Below, one piece after another: positions 1 to 13,893 of a DNA stretch of 64,000 bases. The DNA lies in the NCBI GenBank assembly GCA_963796275.1, contig CAWCKY010000006.1:2432001-2496000 (forward strand), read 5' to 3'. Made by a program: the position numbers and the translations under genes. How positions within the stretch are numbered: the first letter of the stretch is position 1; each line of letters starts with the position of its first letter. The DNA comes from an uncultured Acidobacteriota bacterium. GTDB taxonomy: Bacteria; Acidobacteriota; Blastocatellia; RBC074. The notes under the pieces are model-generated. The model was given only the letters and a program-made list of their open reading frames with translations, ran no database searches and had not been told where the DNA came from.

Positions 1-142
1 AACAAACTAGGATTGATATGCGATATGAACGCAAAGATGGGAAGGATTGCGTTCGCACTGTCCGGGCTGCGGGCGGCATCGATTTTCACGGATCGCTGAT
101 TTTCAGGCACCGACAGTACACAAACATGGGAACCTTACTTTT

Positions 143-1567
143 ATGTCAAACAGATTATTTCCAGTTTTCCTCGCGCTGATGTTTTGCGTTCAGGTTGCCC
201 ACGCGCAGCGACCCAACGTTCTGGTCGTTTTGTCAGACGACCACAGTGCCGCGCACGTCGGCGCCTACGGCAATCCGGACATCAAGACGCCGAATCTCGA
301 TAAATTCGCCTCACAGGGCATGCGCTTCGAGCGGGCTTATGTCGCCGCACCGCAATGCGTGCCTTCGCGCGCCGCGCTGATGACCGGGCGTTCGCCGGTT
401 GCGTTGCAGATGACGCGCTTTTCCGCTCCGTTGCCGATCGAACATAAAACGTGGTTGGAGTTGTTGCGCGCCGCCGGCTGGTTCACGGGAGTGGCGGGCA
501 GGACATACCACCTGGACGGTTCGGCGTTGCCGCACGAATCGCAGGTCGTCTTCGACAAACATAAGTTGAAAACGTTCGAACAGCGGCTGGACTTTGTGCG
601 AGTCGGCGGTGGCGGCAGACCAATCCACGTCGGGGCGGTTGCGCAATTCCGCGAATTTCTGGATCAGGCGAAAGGCAAACCGTTCGCGCTTCAACTCTGT
701 TTCAGCGATCCGCATCGCCCGCTAGACGCCAATGCGATCCCGGGGCTGCACGACCCGATGAAGATCAAACTGCCCGCGCATTACCCTGACACGCCCGGCG
801 TGCGAGCGGATTTTGCGCGCTACTACGACGAGATCGCCCGCTTCGACGGCAGCTTCGCTGAGGTTCTGGAAGAGTTGAACAAACGTGGTCTGGCCGAAAA
901 TACCATCGTGGTTGCTATGGGTGACAACGGCGCGTCGCAGTTTCGCGGCAAGGGCACGCTCTATGAATTCGGCGTCCGCGTGCCATTCATTGTGCGATGG
1001 CCGGGCAAGGTCGAAGCCGGATCAGCCACTGGCGAGCTCTTTTCCGGCGAAGACCTGGCGCCGACTCTACTCGAAGCCTGTGGTCTGAAACCGCTCGACG
1101 CTATGACCGGGCGCAGCGCGCTGAAACTTCTGCGCGGTGAAAGCTACACGGGCCGTCCGTATGTTTTCGCTGAACGCGGAGCACACGGTTCGGGGTTGCC
1201 GAATGGAACTTCGCCTTTCGATCTGGGCCGGGTGGTCATCGGCAAACGCTACAAGCTGATTTACAACGCGCTTTGGCAATTGCCATATCAGCCGGTGGAT
1301 TTCGCGGGCGACGCTTTCTGGAAAGAACTTCAACAGATGAGCGGGGATAGCAAGCTCTCGCCGCTACATCAGCGGCTCTATTTTTCGCCATCTCGGCCGA
1401 TGTTCGAACTGTTCGATCTGGAGGCCGATCCCAACGAATTCAATAACCTGATCGATGATGAAAGACACTCGGCCGTCGAGCGGGAACTGAAAGCGGCGCT
1501 GCAGGAATGGATGATTCTGGAGCGTGATTACCTGCCGCTGCCCGTCCCGCCTCCCCTTAGGCGGTGA
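143..1567 (+). CDS. Secreted Cys-type sulfatase (N-sulfoglucosamine sulfohydrolase-like)
   Basis: Signal peptide, PNVLVVLSDD, formylglycine motif CVPSRAALMTGR, GDNG, ELFDLEADP. ATG 143 is preferred to the ORF-track start at 47. Confidence 0.9.
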   Translation: MSNRLFPVFLALMFCVQVAHAQRPNVLVVLSDDHSAAHVGAYGNPDIKTPNLDKFASQGMRFERAYVAAPQCVPSRAALMTGRSPVALQMTRFSAPLPIEHKTWLELLRAAGWFTGVAGRTYHLDGSALPHESQVVFDKHKLKTFEQRLDFVRVGGGGRPIHVGAVAQFREFLDQAKGKPFALQLCFSDPHRPLDANAIPGLHDPMKIKLPAHYPDTPGVRADFARYYDEIARFDGSFAEVLEELNKRGLAENTIVVAMGDNGASQFRGKGTLYEFGVRVPFIVRWPGKVEAGSATGELFSGEDLAPTLLEACGLKPLDAMTGRSALKLLRGESYTGRPYVFAERGAHGSGLPNGTSPFDLGRVVIGKRYKLIYNALWQLPYQPVDFAGDAFWKELQQMSGDSKLSPLHQRLYFSPSRPMFELFDLEADPNEFNNLIDDERHSAVERELKAALQEWMILERDYLPLPVPPPLRR

Positions 1568-1664
1568 GCGCTATCCGTCCAGATGGCCAGGCCGGCTGTT
1601 CTAGGATATACCGGTTAATGATCAACTCCGCGGCTAGCGCCGGAATGCTGCTGACAGAAACAGG

Positions 1665-3431
1665 CTAGAGGCCTCGGGCAAGGACGGCCAACGTTACCTT
1701 GAGATCGATCGAAGACACGGGGCGCTCGAATCGCACCCATGGATCGCCATCGAAATAGCGGCGGAATATCTTCTCGGCTGTTCGGGTGGCGACCGCATCG
1801 ATGGTGAGCGTAGGATTCGGACCGCCGATAGCATTGGCGAGTGATGAGCCGTCGGCCACGAACAGACGCTTGACCCAGCGCGCCTCGCCGCTCTCGTCGA
1901 GCACTGAATTGTCGGCGCTCTCGCCCATGCGCATGCTCGATTGCATGTGGAGCAGGAGCGGAGCTAAGTCGACCCGGGTGACGGAGGTGCCACCCGCCGC
2001 CCGCACGATCTCGATCGCCTTCTTGACCAGGAAGTCGCGGTTCGCCTTCGTGCGCGCCGAACGCCCACGGCCGTTCATCTCCGCCCGCGGAATGGGTCCG
2101 TGCTCATCTGCTGGGAAGGCCGGAGACAAGCTGACGCGGTTCTGCGCCTCGACGTCGTCGTCGGTGAGGGCCGCCACGATCATCAGGCGATCGATGTTGC
2201 GGAGAAAGTCCTTGAACGCCCGGCCGGCGCGCCTGCCTACTACATCCGCGCCGGCGGAACCGACCGGAGCGCCGTTGTTGTAAAGGCCGATGATGCCCGA
2301 ATCGGTCAAGCCGCTGAACTGTGCCACCCCTGCTGGCCCGATGCCGACCTGCTCCAGCGAACCGTGGCCAGGGAAGTCCGCGCGGGTTGCGGAAGCCGGG
2401 CCGCTCGATAGGCCGGAGTCGCGCGGCAGGATTCCTATGATGAGGTCGAAGTGATGGTCGGTCAGCCCGCGCCCGACCCAGTCGTTAGGGTTGGGCAGGC
2501 CGCTGTTGAGCCACAAGCGGGGTGATTCGATGCAGCCCGCCGAGAGCACAACGACCTTGGCGGTTTCGGTTGTGAGATCGCCGGTGATTGTGTTGCGCCA
2601 GGTGACGCCGTTGGCCTGTCCCGCATCGTCAGTATGGATCCGCACGGCAAAGGCGTTCGGGACCAGGGTGATCGCCTTGCCTTGCCGCGCCCATCGATCG
2701 GCTGTCAAAGCCATAGGGATGTAGCTGTTATCCATCGAGCGTTTGGCTTTCAGGTTGCGTGGCGCGCGCAGCGGCAGGATGCAGCCCTGAAGGCAGTGGC
2801 CGCAGAATACGCAGCCTCGCGAGATCGGAAACTGGACGAGTCGCGGATCGTCCGTCCTGCCCGCGAGACCCTGCGGCTGCAAGATGGCGTTCTCCTGCGG
2901 CCGGAACCCGTCGCGCACCACGTCCTTGCGCGTCTGGTATCTGAGGCCGATGCTCTCGGCCGCATTCAGGAATATCTCTTCCTTCGTCCCCATCGGAGCG
3001 GTCTGCACCGGGAGAGTCTCTTCGACCCACTCGTAGTACGGGATGAGTTCTTGATAGCTGAAAGGGAACGTGTGCGCCCGGTCGTATGCCCCCCTGTCGT
3101 CGCGCGAGTAACCCCTAAAAGCACCTGGCATAGCGCGCGGCGAATTACCGAAGTAGTGTAGCGTCGTGCCGCCTACGCCGGCAACCTGGGAGATGATGCT
3201 GTGCTGGGGCAGATCCCGGGCCCACGACTGGCGCGTGCGATCCGACGGGCCGAACCGGAAGACGCCGTTGAACGCGCTGTTCTGGTCGATCTCGAAGTGC
3301 GTGAAGTCGCGCTCGCTGTCCTTGTGATGCGCCCCCGCTTCGAGCACGAGCACGTCAAGCCCCCGGCCGGCGAGTTCCTTGGCGACGACGGCTCCGCCGG
3401 CGCCCGATCCGATGACGATGATGTCACGCAT
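1665..3431 (-). CDS. GMC family FAD oxidoreductase, large subunit
   Basis: DIIVIGSGAGG FAD motif, CVFCGHCLQGC Cys cluster, C-terminal HMQSSMRMG and GPNPTLTI. Start at 3431 overlaps the stop of the upstream gene. Confidence 0.9.
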   Translation of the reverse strand: MRDIIVIGSGAGGAVVAKELAGRGLDVLVLEAGAHHKDSERDFTHFEIDQNSAFNGVFRFGPSDRTRQSWARDLPQHSIISQVAGVGGTTLHYFGNSPRAMPGAFRGYSRDDRGAYDRAHTFPFSYQELIPYYEWVEETLPVQTAPMGTKEEIFLNAAESIGLRYQTRKDVVRDGFRPQENAILQPQGLAGRTDDPRLVQFPISRGCVFCGHCLQGCILPLRAPRNLKAKRSMDNSYIPMALTADRWARQGKAITLVPNAFAVRIHTDDAGQANGVTWRNTITGDLTTETAKVVVLSAGCIESPRLWLNSGLPNPNDWVGRGLTDHHFDLIIGILPRDSGLSSGPASATRADFPGHGSLEQVGIGPAGVAQFSGLTDSGIIGLYNNGAPVGSAGADVVGRRAGRAFKDFLRNIDRLMIVAALTDDDVEAQNRVSLSPAFPADEHGPIPRAEMNGRGRSARTKANRDFLVKKAIEIVRAAGGTSVTRVDLAPLLLHMQSSMRMGESADNSVLDESGEARWVKRLFVADGSSLANAIGGPNPTLTIDAVATRTAEKIFRRYFDGDPWVRFERPVSSIDLKVTLAVLARGL

Positions 3432-4089
3432 CCGCCTTCCTCCTGTTCCTGAAATAGCCCCTGAACTCGTCGCGGCCGTTCGAAACGCCCGAGTAGTTGG
3501 AAATATCCCAGCCGATTGGCCGGCCGGAGATCGTGCGCGTGGCGGGGTTGAACACCGCGGTCTCGGCGTAGGCAAGAAAGCCGACGACTAGCGGTAGAGT
3601 GCCCGCCAGCGGCGCCGACGCCGGGTTGCCTTCGAGCGCGGCGAACACCCTGGCCTTGTCCGCAAACGAAAGGTTCGAGAACGGTGATGCGAACGGGCCG
3701 CTCGCTGCGGGATTCACCGCGAGCGCGGTGGAGTTCAGGAGTGCCGCGACCATGTCGGCTAAGTTCGGCACGAAAGGATTGGCAAAATTGAGCCCCTGAA
3801 AGAGCCCCTCGCCGGCGCCCGTCTCCAGGCCGCCGGGCTCGGGCGTGCTCTCGCCCTGATGCGCGGAGTAAGGATCCGGCCCCGGGACGAAGAACACCGC
3901 CACGCCATTCAACGTATCTCGCGTGATATCCGGCTGGGCCGCGAGCGCGGCCTCCGTCAGCCCGGTCCTCTCAAGCAACGCCGGCAGCGAGCTTAACGCC
4001 CCCGTCCCCAGCATCGCCCGGACGATGAACTTGCGGCGCGAGATTGTAGTAAGATCGGAGAGGCCATCGACGGCTTCGCCATTTCGCAT
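3424..4089 (-). CDS. Tat-exported partner protein of the GMC (gluconate 2-dehydrogenase subunit 3-like)
   Basis: SRRKFI twin-arginine motif, GGAAG upstream, overlaps the GMC start; FSNLSFADKARV and GWDISNYSG resemble small-subunit segments. Confidence 0.7.
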   Translation of the reverse strand: MRNGEAVDGLSDLTTISRRKFIVRAMLGTGALSSLPALLERTGLTEAALAAQPDITRDTLNGVAVFFVPGPDPYSAHQGESTPEPGGLETGAGEGLFQGLNFANPFVPNLADMVAALLNSTALAVNPAASGPFASPFSNLSFADKARVFAALEGNPASAPLAGTLPLVVGFLAYAETAVFNPATRTISGRPIGWDISNYSGVSNGRDEFRGYFRNRRKADA

Positions 4090-4537
4090 CGAGTCTTCCC
4101 CCTCATGATATTAAGGATATTAAGATATCCTTCGCCTCGGCTATTACAGGCGGGTGTCTCCTGTTTCTTCGCCCGAAACTGGGTTCATCTGCTGTTTCAA
4201 CAACTTCGCTTGTCTTTCTACCTAACAAATTTTTCGAGATCAAAATTCGATCCTGATTTAGGTGTAGACGGATGGTTAATTACAGCAAGTTAACTGTTAA
4301 CACTGAATGTTTGTACGTGCGTGAGAATAATGAGAACGTGGATTTTTACTATGGACTGGCTGGAGGTGTCAATAACGATGTGTAGAAATAGTAGATGCCT
4401 AATTGTTACCTTCCGCTCTACATCTTCGGTGGAGATTTTCTGCTTTGGGCACGACTAATGTAACGAATGAAAGCCAGAATTAGGTGTCTTTTCATGAATG
4501 TCTTTTCCTCTGCCAGCGCCTCGTTAAGGCGGCTTCA

Positions 4538-5390
<853 letters not shown>

Positions 5391-5500
5391 ATATCTACAC
5401 AAATAGGATATCTCGCAATACCACCAACCGGCATGAGGTTGTCCATAATATTGGCATCACCTCAGCCAGATGACGTTCTTTGAAATATAGATGCACTCCT

Positions 5501-5530
5501 CAATCCCACCGACGGCAGTCGGTGGGATTG
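5501..5530. repeat. REP-like perfect hairpin
   Basis: caatcccaccgac-ggca-gtcggtgggattg, 13-bp perfect stem. Confidence 0.8.
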
Positions 5531-5984
5531 GCCGCATCCGTGGTTGCATTTTTTTTCAAAGACCATTACCGGGCTGATCATCTCTTGCCAACCATATCCA
5601 GAATAAATTTGTAAAGGCGCCAGCCACGCAGATACGCCGCTCGTTTCCCGGTTAGAAGAGAAAGCACCTCAGAACCCTGAAATTCCACACTATGGGCCAC
5701 CATTACTTTAGCGGGCTATCGCCACTTGAATTGCCGAAGAACCTGCCGGGCTGGTATGATGGTTATACAACAACAACTAATACGCTACAGAACGGGCGGC
5801 ACTATCGCTCACAGGCATATACCTTAATTGATCTATAACCCGGCCGCGTTCCGCGGACGAGCGCTGGAATTCACCAACGCTGACGGGATGAAGCAGTACG
5901 TCAACGAAATTTATTGGTACGGCACGACTGGGCACGAGTACGGCCATCGGCACGTAACTACATCTATAAGTTATGCAACGATCG

Positions 5985-8900
5985 ATGAAAATATTGGTGC
6001 TGCTCTTCGCCGCCGCGGCGGCGCTCCCGTTGTGGGGCGGACTGGCGCTCTTCCCGCCTCAGTTACCTAAGGTTGATTTCGCCCGCGACATTCAACCGAT
6101 CTTCCAGGCGCGCTGCGCGAAGTGCCACGGAGGCGAAAAGCAGATGTCGCAATTGAATTTGCTCGACAATCAATCGGTTGCGCGCATCGTCATAGCGGGC
6201 AATAGCAAGGACTCGCGTCTGGTACATCGCCTCTTAGGGTTGAATAACGAAGCGCGCATGCCCAAAGGCGGCGAGCCGCTGGAGGCCGAACAGATTGCAA
6301 TCATCGAACGCTGGATCGATGAAGGTGCGGACTTTCCCGCGGCGGCTTCCATTGAAGCCGGCGTCAAGAAGCACTGGGCCTTCGTGGCGCCCGTGCGCCC
6401 GACCGCTCCCGCAGTCAAAAACAAAGCCTGGATACGCAATCCGATTGACGCCTTCATCCTCGCCCGACTTGAAAAAGAGAATCTAGCTCCTTCACCTGAA
6501 GCCGACAAGATCACGCTGCTGCGCAGACTTAGCTTGGATTTGATCGGCTTGCCGCCCACGCCGGAAGAAGTTGATGCGTTCCTCAAAGACACTTCCTCCC
6601 AAGCTTACGAAAAACAGGTCGAGCGGTTGTTGGCTTCTCCACATTATGGCGAGCGTTGGGGCCGGCTGTGGCTGGACGCGGCGCGCTACGCTGATTCCGA
6701 CGGATTCGAGAAAGACAAGCCGCGCTCCGTCTGGTTCTATCGCGACTGGGTCATCAACGCGCTGAATCAGGATAAGCCCTACGATCAATTCATCATCGAA
6801 CAGATCGCCGGAGATTTATTACCCGGCGCAACGCAAGAGCAGCGCGTGGCGACCGGCTTCCTGCGCAATTCGATGATCAACGAAGAGGGTGGCGTGGATC
6901 CGGAACAGTTTCGCATGGAAGCGATGTTCGACCGGATGGATGCGCTCGGCAAAGGCGTGCTCGGACTGACTATTCAATGCGCCCAGTGTCACAACCACAA
7001 ATTCGATCCGCTCAAGCAGGAAGAATACTACCGCATGTTCGCCTTCCTGAATAATTCAAACGAAGGCAGTGTGGCTGTGTACACTCCGGAGGAGCAGATG
7101 AAGCGCGCCGGCATCATGTCCGGCACGCGCGAAATCGAAGCGAAGTTGCGGGAAATCGCCCCCGACTGGCGCGCGCGGATGAACGCCTGGGAAGATATCG
7201 TCACAAACGACCAGCCCGAATGGAAGGTCATTCAGCCCGAAGTCAACGACGTATCAACCGATGGCGCGAAATACCTGCCGCAGAAAGACGGCTCGTTCTT
7301 GATCGGCGGCTACGCTCCGGCGAAGCATCGAGTGAAACTGAGCTGGCATACGGACGTGGCTAACATCGCGGCATTTCGGCTGGAGCTAATGACCGATCCC
7401 AATTTGCCGCTCGGCGGCCCGGGCCGCTCGTATAAAGGCTCGTGCGCGCTGACCGAGTTTGAAGTCGAAGCCGGGCCCGCCGCCTCAAACAAGGACGATC
7501 AGAAGAAAGCCTCGAAGCTCAAAATCGCCCGAGCAACCGCCGATGTGAGTCCTCCCGAAACCGAGGTCGAACTGAAATTCAACGACAAGAGCGGCAGGCG
7601 GCGCTTTACAGGGCCGATTGATTTGGCGATTGACGGCAAGGACGAGACCGGCTGGAGTATCGACGTCGGCCCCGGACTTCGCAATCAACCCCGCAAGGCA
7701 GTCTTCAATCTGGAAAAGCCGCTCGCCAATGCAGGCGGCGCGGAGTTGACGTTCTACCTGAGCCAGCGGCACGGCGGAACGAACAATAACGACAACGAAC
7801 AGCAGGGCCTCGGGCGGTTCCGCCTGTCAATGACGACGGCGGCGAATGCAGTCGCCGATCCCGTGCCGGCGGGCCTGCGCGAAATATTCGGCGTCCCGCG
7901 GAGCCAGCGCACCAAGGCGTCAGGTTGACGCCGTGTTCAGCTACTGGCGCACGACCGTCCCCGAATTCGCGGCTTACAACCAGCAGATCGAAGCGCTGTG
8001 GAAACAGTACCCGGAAGGCGCTTCACAACTGGTCATGAACGAGCGCGCTGAAGCGCGCGACTCCTTCACGCTCAAACGAGGCGATTTCCTGCGCCCGGAT
8101 AAACGGATCACGCCCGCCGTGCCCGCATTTTTGCACCCGTTGTCCGCCACCGCGCCCGCCAATCGACTGACGTTCGCGGAATGGTTGGTCGATCGCCAGG
8201 CGCCTACGACGGCGCGCGCGCAGGTCAATCGATTGTGGCAGGCATATTTCGGAACGGGGATAGTGGCGACGGCGGAAGACCTGGGCAAACAGAGCGAAAC
8301 GCCTTCACATCCCGAATTGCTGGATTGGCTTGCGGTGGAATTGATGGACGGCGGGAGCGACGAGGTGAATTTCAAAACCCGAAGCTCTCGAATCGCATCC
8401 TCCGGATGGTCGCTCAAGCACATTCACCGTCTGATCGTCACGTCAGCGACCTATCGCCAGTCATCGAAAGCCACCCCGCGATTACTCGAGAAGGACCCGC
8501 ACAATCGCCTGCTGGCGCGCGCGCCGCGTTTACGAGTCGAAGCCGAAATCGTGCGCGACATCGCCCTGGCGGCCAGCGGCCTGCTCAACCAGCGCGTCGG
8601 CGGCCCCAGCGTCTTTCCGCCTTCGCCGGAGTTTTTATACCTGCCGCCGGCTAGTTACGGGGCTAAATCCTGGCGCGAAGAAAAAGGCGAGAATCGCTAC
8701 CGCCGCGCCCTCTATACCTTCCGCTTTCGATCCGTGCCATATCCGATGCTGCAGACGTTCGACGCACCCAACGGGGATGTTTCGTGCGTCATTCGCCCGC
8801 GTTCCAACACGCCGTTGCAGGCGCTGACCACGCTCAACGAGACATTGTTTTTAGAAGCGGCCCGCGCGCTGGCCATGAAAACATTGAAAGAAGGCGGCGC

Positions 8901-9165
8901 AACCGATGGCCGGCGGCTGGAGTTCGCGTTTCGCCGGGTACTGGCGAGAAAACCTTCTGCGGAGGAAGCCGCCGAATTACTACGTTTGCTCGATGAGCAT
9001 CGCGCGCGATTTGCCGGCGGAGAGTTGAATCCTTGGAATCTGGTCACGAGCGATCCCGACAAGCCCTACATCTTGCCCAAAGGCGTCACGATGGAGCAGA
9101 TGGCAGCGTGGACGACCGTTACGCGCGTGCTGCTGAATTTGGATGAAGCGATTACGAAGGAGTGA
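5985..9165 (+). CDS. Planctomycete-type cytochrome c protein (PSCyt1-DUF1549-DUF1553), split by a +1 frameshift near 7920
   Basis: CAKCH and CAQCH heme motifs, HWAF, GERWGRLWLDAARYADSDG, PSHPELLDWLA, RSNTPLQAL. ORFs 5973-7928 and 7846-9165 join if one base near 7920 is removed. Confidence 0.85.
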
Positions 9166-9169
9166 TGCG

Positions 9170-10594
<1,425 letters not shown>

Positions 10595-10604
10595 GATATT
10601 GCTG

Positions 10605-10696
10605 GCGAATCAGTACCGCGAGCGGTAGCGAGCGTGACTTCCGGAGTAAACCCTTTGCGAGAGCATCGCTCGCTACCGCTCGCGGTACTGATTCGC
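10605..10696. repeat. REP doublet with 30-bp perfect inverted arms
   Basis: gcgaatcagtaccgcgagcggtagcgagcg (10605-10634) and its exact reverse complement (10667-10696), 32-bp spacer. Confidence 0.9.
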
Positions 10697-10785
10697 TGTC
10701 CGACGTCTCTTTCGAGCGAATCGCCTCCGCGCGCGTCCTGCATCAGTCCGTGCCGTATTTCCGAGATTTGGCTTATGGAGGTTTG

Positions 10786-13700
10786 ATGCTGCGTTCTCTG
10801 CGCTTAAAATTTTCGCTGCTGCTGTTCGCCTGTGGGGCGCTCGTCTGGTTGCATGCCAATCACGGCGACGCCCGCGCGGCGCGCGCTTTCAACCTGGAGC
10901 AATCCAAGCATGAAGCCGGCGAGACCGCATTGCGGCAGAGCTTCGATCAAATCGTCCGTCCTTTTCTGATGGCGCATTGCATAGCATGCCACGGCGGCGG
11001 TGCGCCCGCGGCCAGCTTCGATCTGCAACGCTACACGACCATGGAATCCGTGGTGGAGGATTTCGCGCATTGGGCGCTGGTGTCGCGCAAACTGGCCGCT
11101 CGCGAGATGCCGCCGAAGGAGATGAAGCAGCCGCCTGAAGCCTTGCGCCAACAAGTGATCGAGTGGATTGCGGCGGCGCGCAAGCACGAAGCGCGCAAAC
11201 ATTTGGGCGATCCAGGGCCGGCGCCGGCGCGGCGGCTGAGTAATGCTGAATATAACTACACCATCCGCGACCTGACGGGAGTTGACCTGCGCCCGGCGCG
11301 CGAGTTCCCGCTCGATTCCGCCAATCAGGCGGGATTTGAAAATTCGGGCGAGTCATTGGCGATTTCGCCCGCGCTGATGGCGAAGTATCTGGACGCGGCG
11401 CGCCGCATCGCCGATCACCTGGTGCTCAAACCGGAAGGCTTCGTGTTCGCGCCCGCGCCGATGGTGGCGGAGTCAGACCGCGAGAAATATCCGATTCATC
11501 GTATCCTGGCTTTCTATGATCGCCAGCCGACGGATTTCGCCGATTACTTTCAAGCGGCGTGGCGCTACAAATATCGCGCCGCTCTGGGCCAACCGGCGGC
11601 CACGCTGGCGAGCGTCGCCGCGCAACAAAAAGTGTCGCCGCGATATCTCGCCATGGTCTGGCAGGCGCTGGAACAAACCAAAGAAGACGTCGGCCCGCTC
11701 GTGAAGCTACAGGCGATGTGGCGGCAGTTGGCCGTAAATAAACCGGATGTCGCGCGCGCTGATCTTGTTAGAGAAGGCTGCGAGCGGATGCGCGAGTTCG
11801 TCGTGAGGATTCGCCGCCACACGGAGAAGCTGTTTCCCACGCTGGAATCCCCCGGCTTCAGCACTAATTTTCAACCCATCGTCATGTACCGCAACGGGCT
11901 GCTCGCCGCGCATCGCCGCGAATTCGACCCGGCGTCGTTGCGCGTGGCGGGCGAACCGCCTCCAAATTTCGTCGTGACGCAGGGGCCGCCCTTCGGGAAA
12001 AAGGAGATCGAGGAACTGAAAATCGCCATCGCCGCTTACATCAAGGAGCGGCAGGAAGACCCCGATCTGATCATTCCGGCAGGGGAACGCAGCGGTTACG
12101 AAGCCGCCTTCGCCCGCTTCAGCTCGGTGTTTCCCACGGCCTTTTGTTTGCGGGAGCGGGGGCGTTTTTATCCCATCACTTCGATGGACAAGGAGCGGTT
12201 TCTCGGCGCGGGGCTGCATAGTTTGCTGGGTTATTTTCGCGACGACACGCCGCTCATCGAACTCTTCCTCGATGAAAAGGCGAAGCGGGAGCTCGATACT
12301 CTGTGGCACGAATTCGATTTCATCGCCGATTACACATTGCGCAACTACACGCAATTTGTTTTCAGCGGCAGCGGCGAGGGCCGCACGCTGATGGTGGATC
12401 GGGAAAAGCACCGGGGCTTTGCGACGCAATCGGCCATCTATGCGCTGCGCGACCAGCATCTGGCAAAGACGACGCCGCAAACCGACCCGCGCATTTTGGA
12501 AGCCATCCGGCAATACTTCGACAACGCGAACAACAAGATTCGGCTGATAGAAAAAATGCGACTCGAAGCGGAGCCGCGCCATCTGGATGCGTTGTTGCAA
12601 TTCGCCGCGCGCGCTTACCGCAGGCCGCTCGCGCAAACCGAGCGTGAAGACATTCTGGCTGACTATCGCGGGCTTCGTGAGCAAAGCCGCCTGTCCCACG
12701 AAGAAGCCATGCGCGCTTCCATCGCCACCTTGCTGGTTTCGCCTGATTTCCTTTATCGCGTGGACCGGCTCGTAGACCGGGTGGATGCTCAGGCGAAAGT
12801 CGAAGGCAATGCCATCTCTCGCCCGCTCTCGGCGTATTCGCTGGCGAGCCGGCTGAGTTACTTTCTCTGGTCGAGCATGCCCGATGAAGAACTAAGCGCG
12901 CGCGCCGCCGCCGGCGATCTCAGCCAACCCGCTGTGCTGCTGGAGCAGGCACGCCGGATGCTGAAGGATGAACGCGCGCGCGGATTGGCGACGGAATTTG
13001 CCGGGAACTGGCTCGACTTCCGCCGCTTCGAAGATCACAATGCGGTGGATCGTAACCGCTTTCCCGACTTCACCAATCTGCTTCGGGAAGCGATGTTCGA
13101 AGAGCCGATTCATTTCATCATCGACCTTCTCCAGCACGACCGCCCGCTGCAGGAAATGTTGTATGGCAGGCACACGTTTGTGAATGGTGTGCTTGCACGT
13201 CATTACGGCATCGCCGCGCCGGCCGCGCCAGACCAATGGGTTCGCATAGATAATGCTCACGATTACGGTCGCGGCGGCTTGCTGCCGATGGCCGTTTTCC
13301 TGACGCAGAACGCGCCGGGGCAGCGCACCAGTCCGGTGAAACGCGGTTATTGGGTCGTTCGCCGCGTGTTGGGCGAAGTGATTCCGCCGCCGCCGCCCAG
13401 CGTGCCGGAATTGCCGAGTGACGAGGCGATGTCGCATTTGCCCGTGCGCGAATTGCTGGCGAAGCATCGAGAAAACCAGGCATGCGCGGCTTGTCACGCG
13501 CGGTTTGACGCTTTCGGGTTGGTGTTCGAGGGCTACGGCCCCATAGGCGAACGGCGCGCGAAAGATCTTGCCGGTCGCGCAGTAGATGCGCGTGCATCCT
13601 TTCCCGACGGCACGCAGGGCGCGGGGATTGCAGGATTGCAAAACTACCTGCGCGCGCGGCGTGAACAGGATTTTTTGAACAGCCTGAGCGAAAAGCTGCT

Positions 13701-13893
13701 GGCATATGGGCTGGGCCGCACGCTGCTGCTTTCCGATGAGCCGCTGCTCGAAGCGATGCGCGCCCGTCTCGCGGCCAGCGGTTACAAGCCGTCCGCGCTC
13801 ATCGAAACCATCATCACAAGTCCGCAGTTCACCAACAAACGCACGCCGGCTTACCAGTCGCAACGCGCACCACAGAAAGGAACCGAACGATGA
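10786..13893 (+). CDS. DUF1587/1595/1592/1588/1585 cytochrome c-containing protein
   Basis: CIACH, RRLSNAEYNYTIRDL, LASRLSYFLWSSMPD, RTSPVKRG, CAACH. GGAG RBS before ATG 10786. Confidence 0.9.
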   Translation: MLRSLRLKFSLLLFACGALVWLHANHGDARAARAFNLEQSKHEAGETALRQSFDQIVRPFLMAHCIACHGGGAPAASFDLQRYTTMESVVEDFAHWALVSRKLAAREMPPKEMKQPPEALRQQVIEWIAAARKHEARKHLGDPGPAPARRLSNAEYNYTIRDLTGVDLRPAREFPLDSANQAGFENSGESLAISPALMAKYLDAARRIADHLVLKPEGFVFAPAPMVAESDREKYPIHRILAFYDRQPTDFADYFQAAWRYKYRAALGQPAATLASVAAQQKVSPRYLAMVWQALEQTKEDVGPLVKLQAMWRQLAVNKPDVARADLVREGCERMREFVVRIRRHTEKLFPTLESPGFSTNFQPIVMYRNGLLAAHRREFDPASLRVAGEPPPNFVVTQGPPFGKKEIEELKIAIAAYIKERQEDPDLIIPAGERSGYEAAFARFSSVFPTAFCLRERGRFYPITSMDKERFLGAGLHSLLGYFRDDTPLIELFLDEKAKRELDTLWHEFDFIADYTLRNYTQFVFSGSGEGRTLMVDREKHRGFATQSAIYALRDQHLAKTTPQTDPRILEAIRQYFDNANNKIRLIEKMRLEAEPRHLDALLQFAARAYRRPLAQTEREDILADYRGLREQSRLSHEEAMRASIATLLVSPDFLYRVDRLVDRVDAQAKVEGNAISRPLSAYSLASRLSYFLWSSMPDEELSARAAAGDLSQPAVLLEQARRMLKDERARGLATEFAGNWLDFRRFEDHNAVDRNRFPDFTNLLREAMFEEPIHFIIDLLQHDRPLQEMLYGRHTFVNGVLARHYGIAAPAAPDQWVRIDNAHDYGRGGLLPMAVFLTQNAPGQRTSPVKRGYWVVRRVLGEVIPPPPPSVPELPSDEAMSHLPVRELLAKHRENQACAACHARFDAFGLVFEGYGPIGERRAKDLAGRAVDARASFPDGTQGAGIAGLQNYLRARREQDFLNSLSEKLLAYGLGRTLLLSDEPLLEAMRARLAASGYKPSALIETIITSPQFTNKRTPAYQSQRAPQKGTER

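Noticed and set aside
7900-7930. Programmed frameshift in the cytochrome c gene
   Set aside because: There is no slippery sequence; a single extra base explains it.
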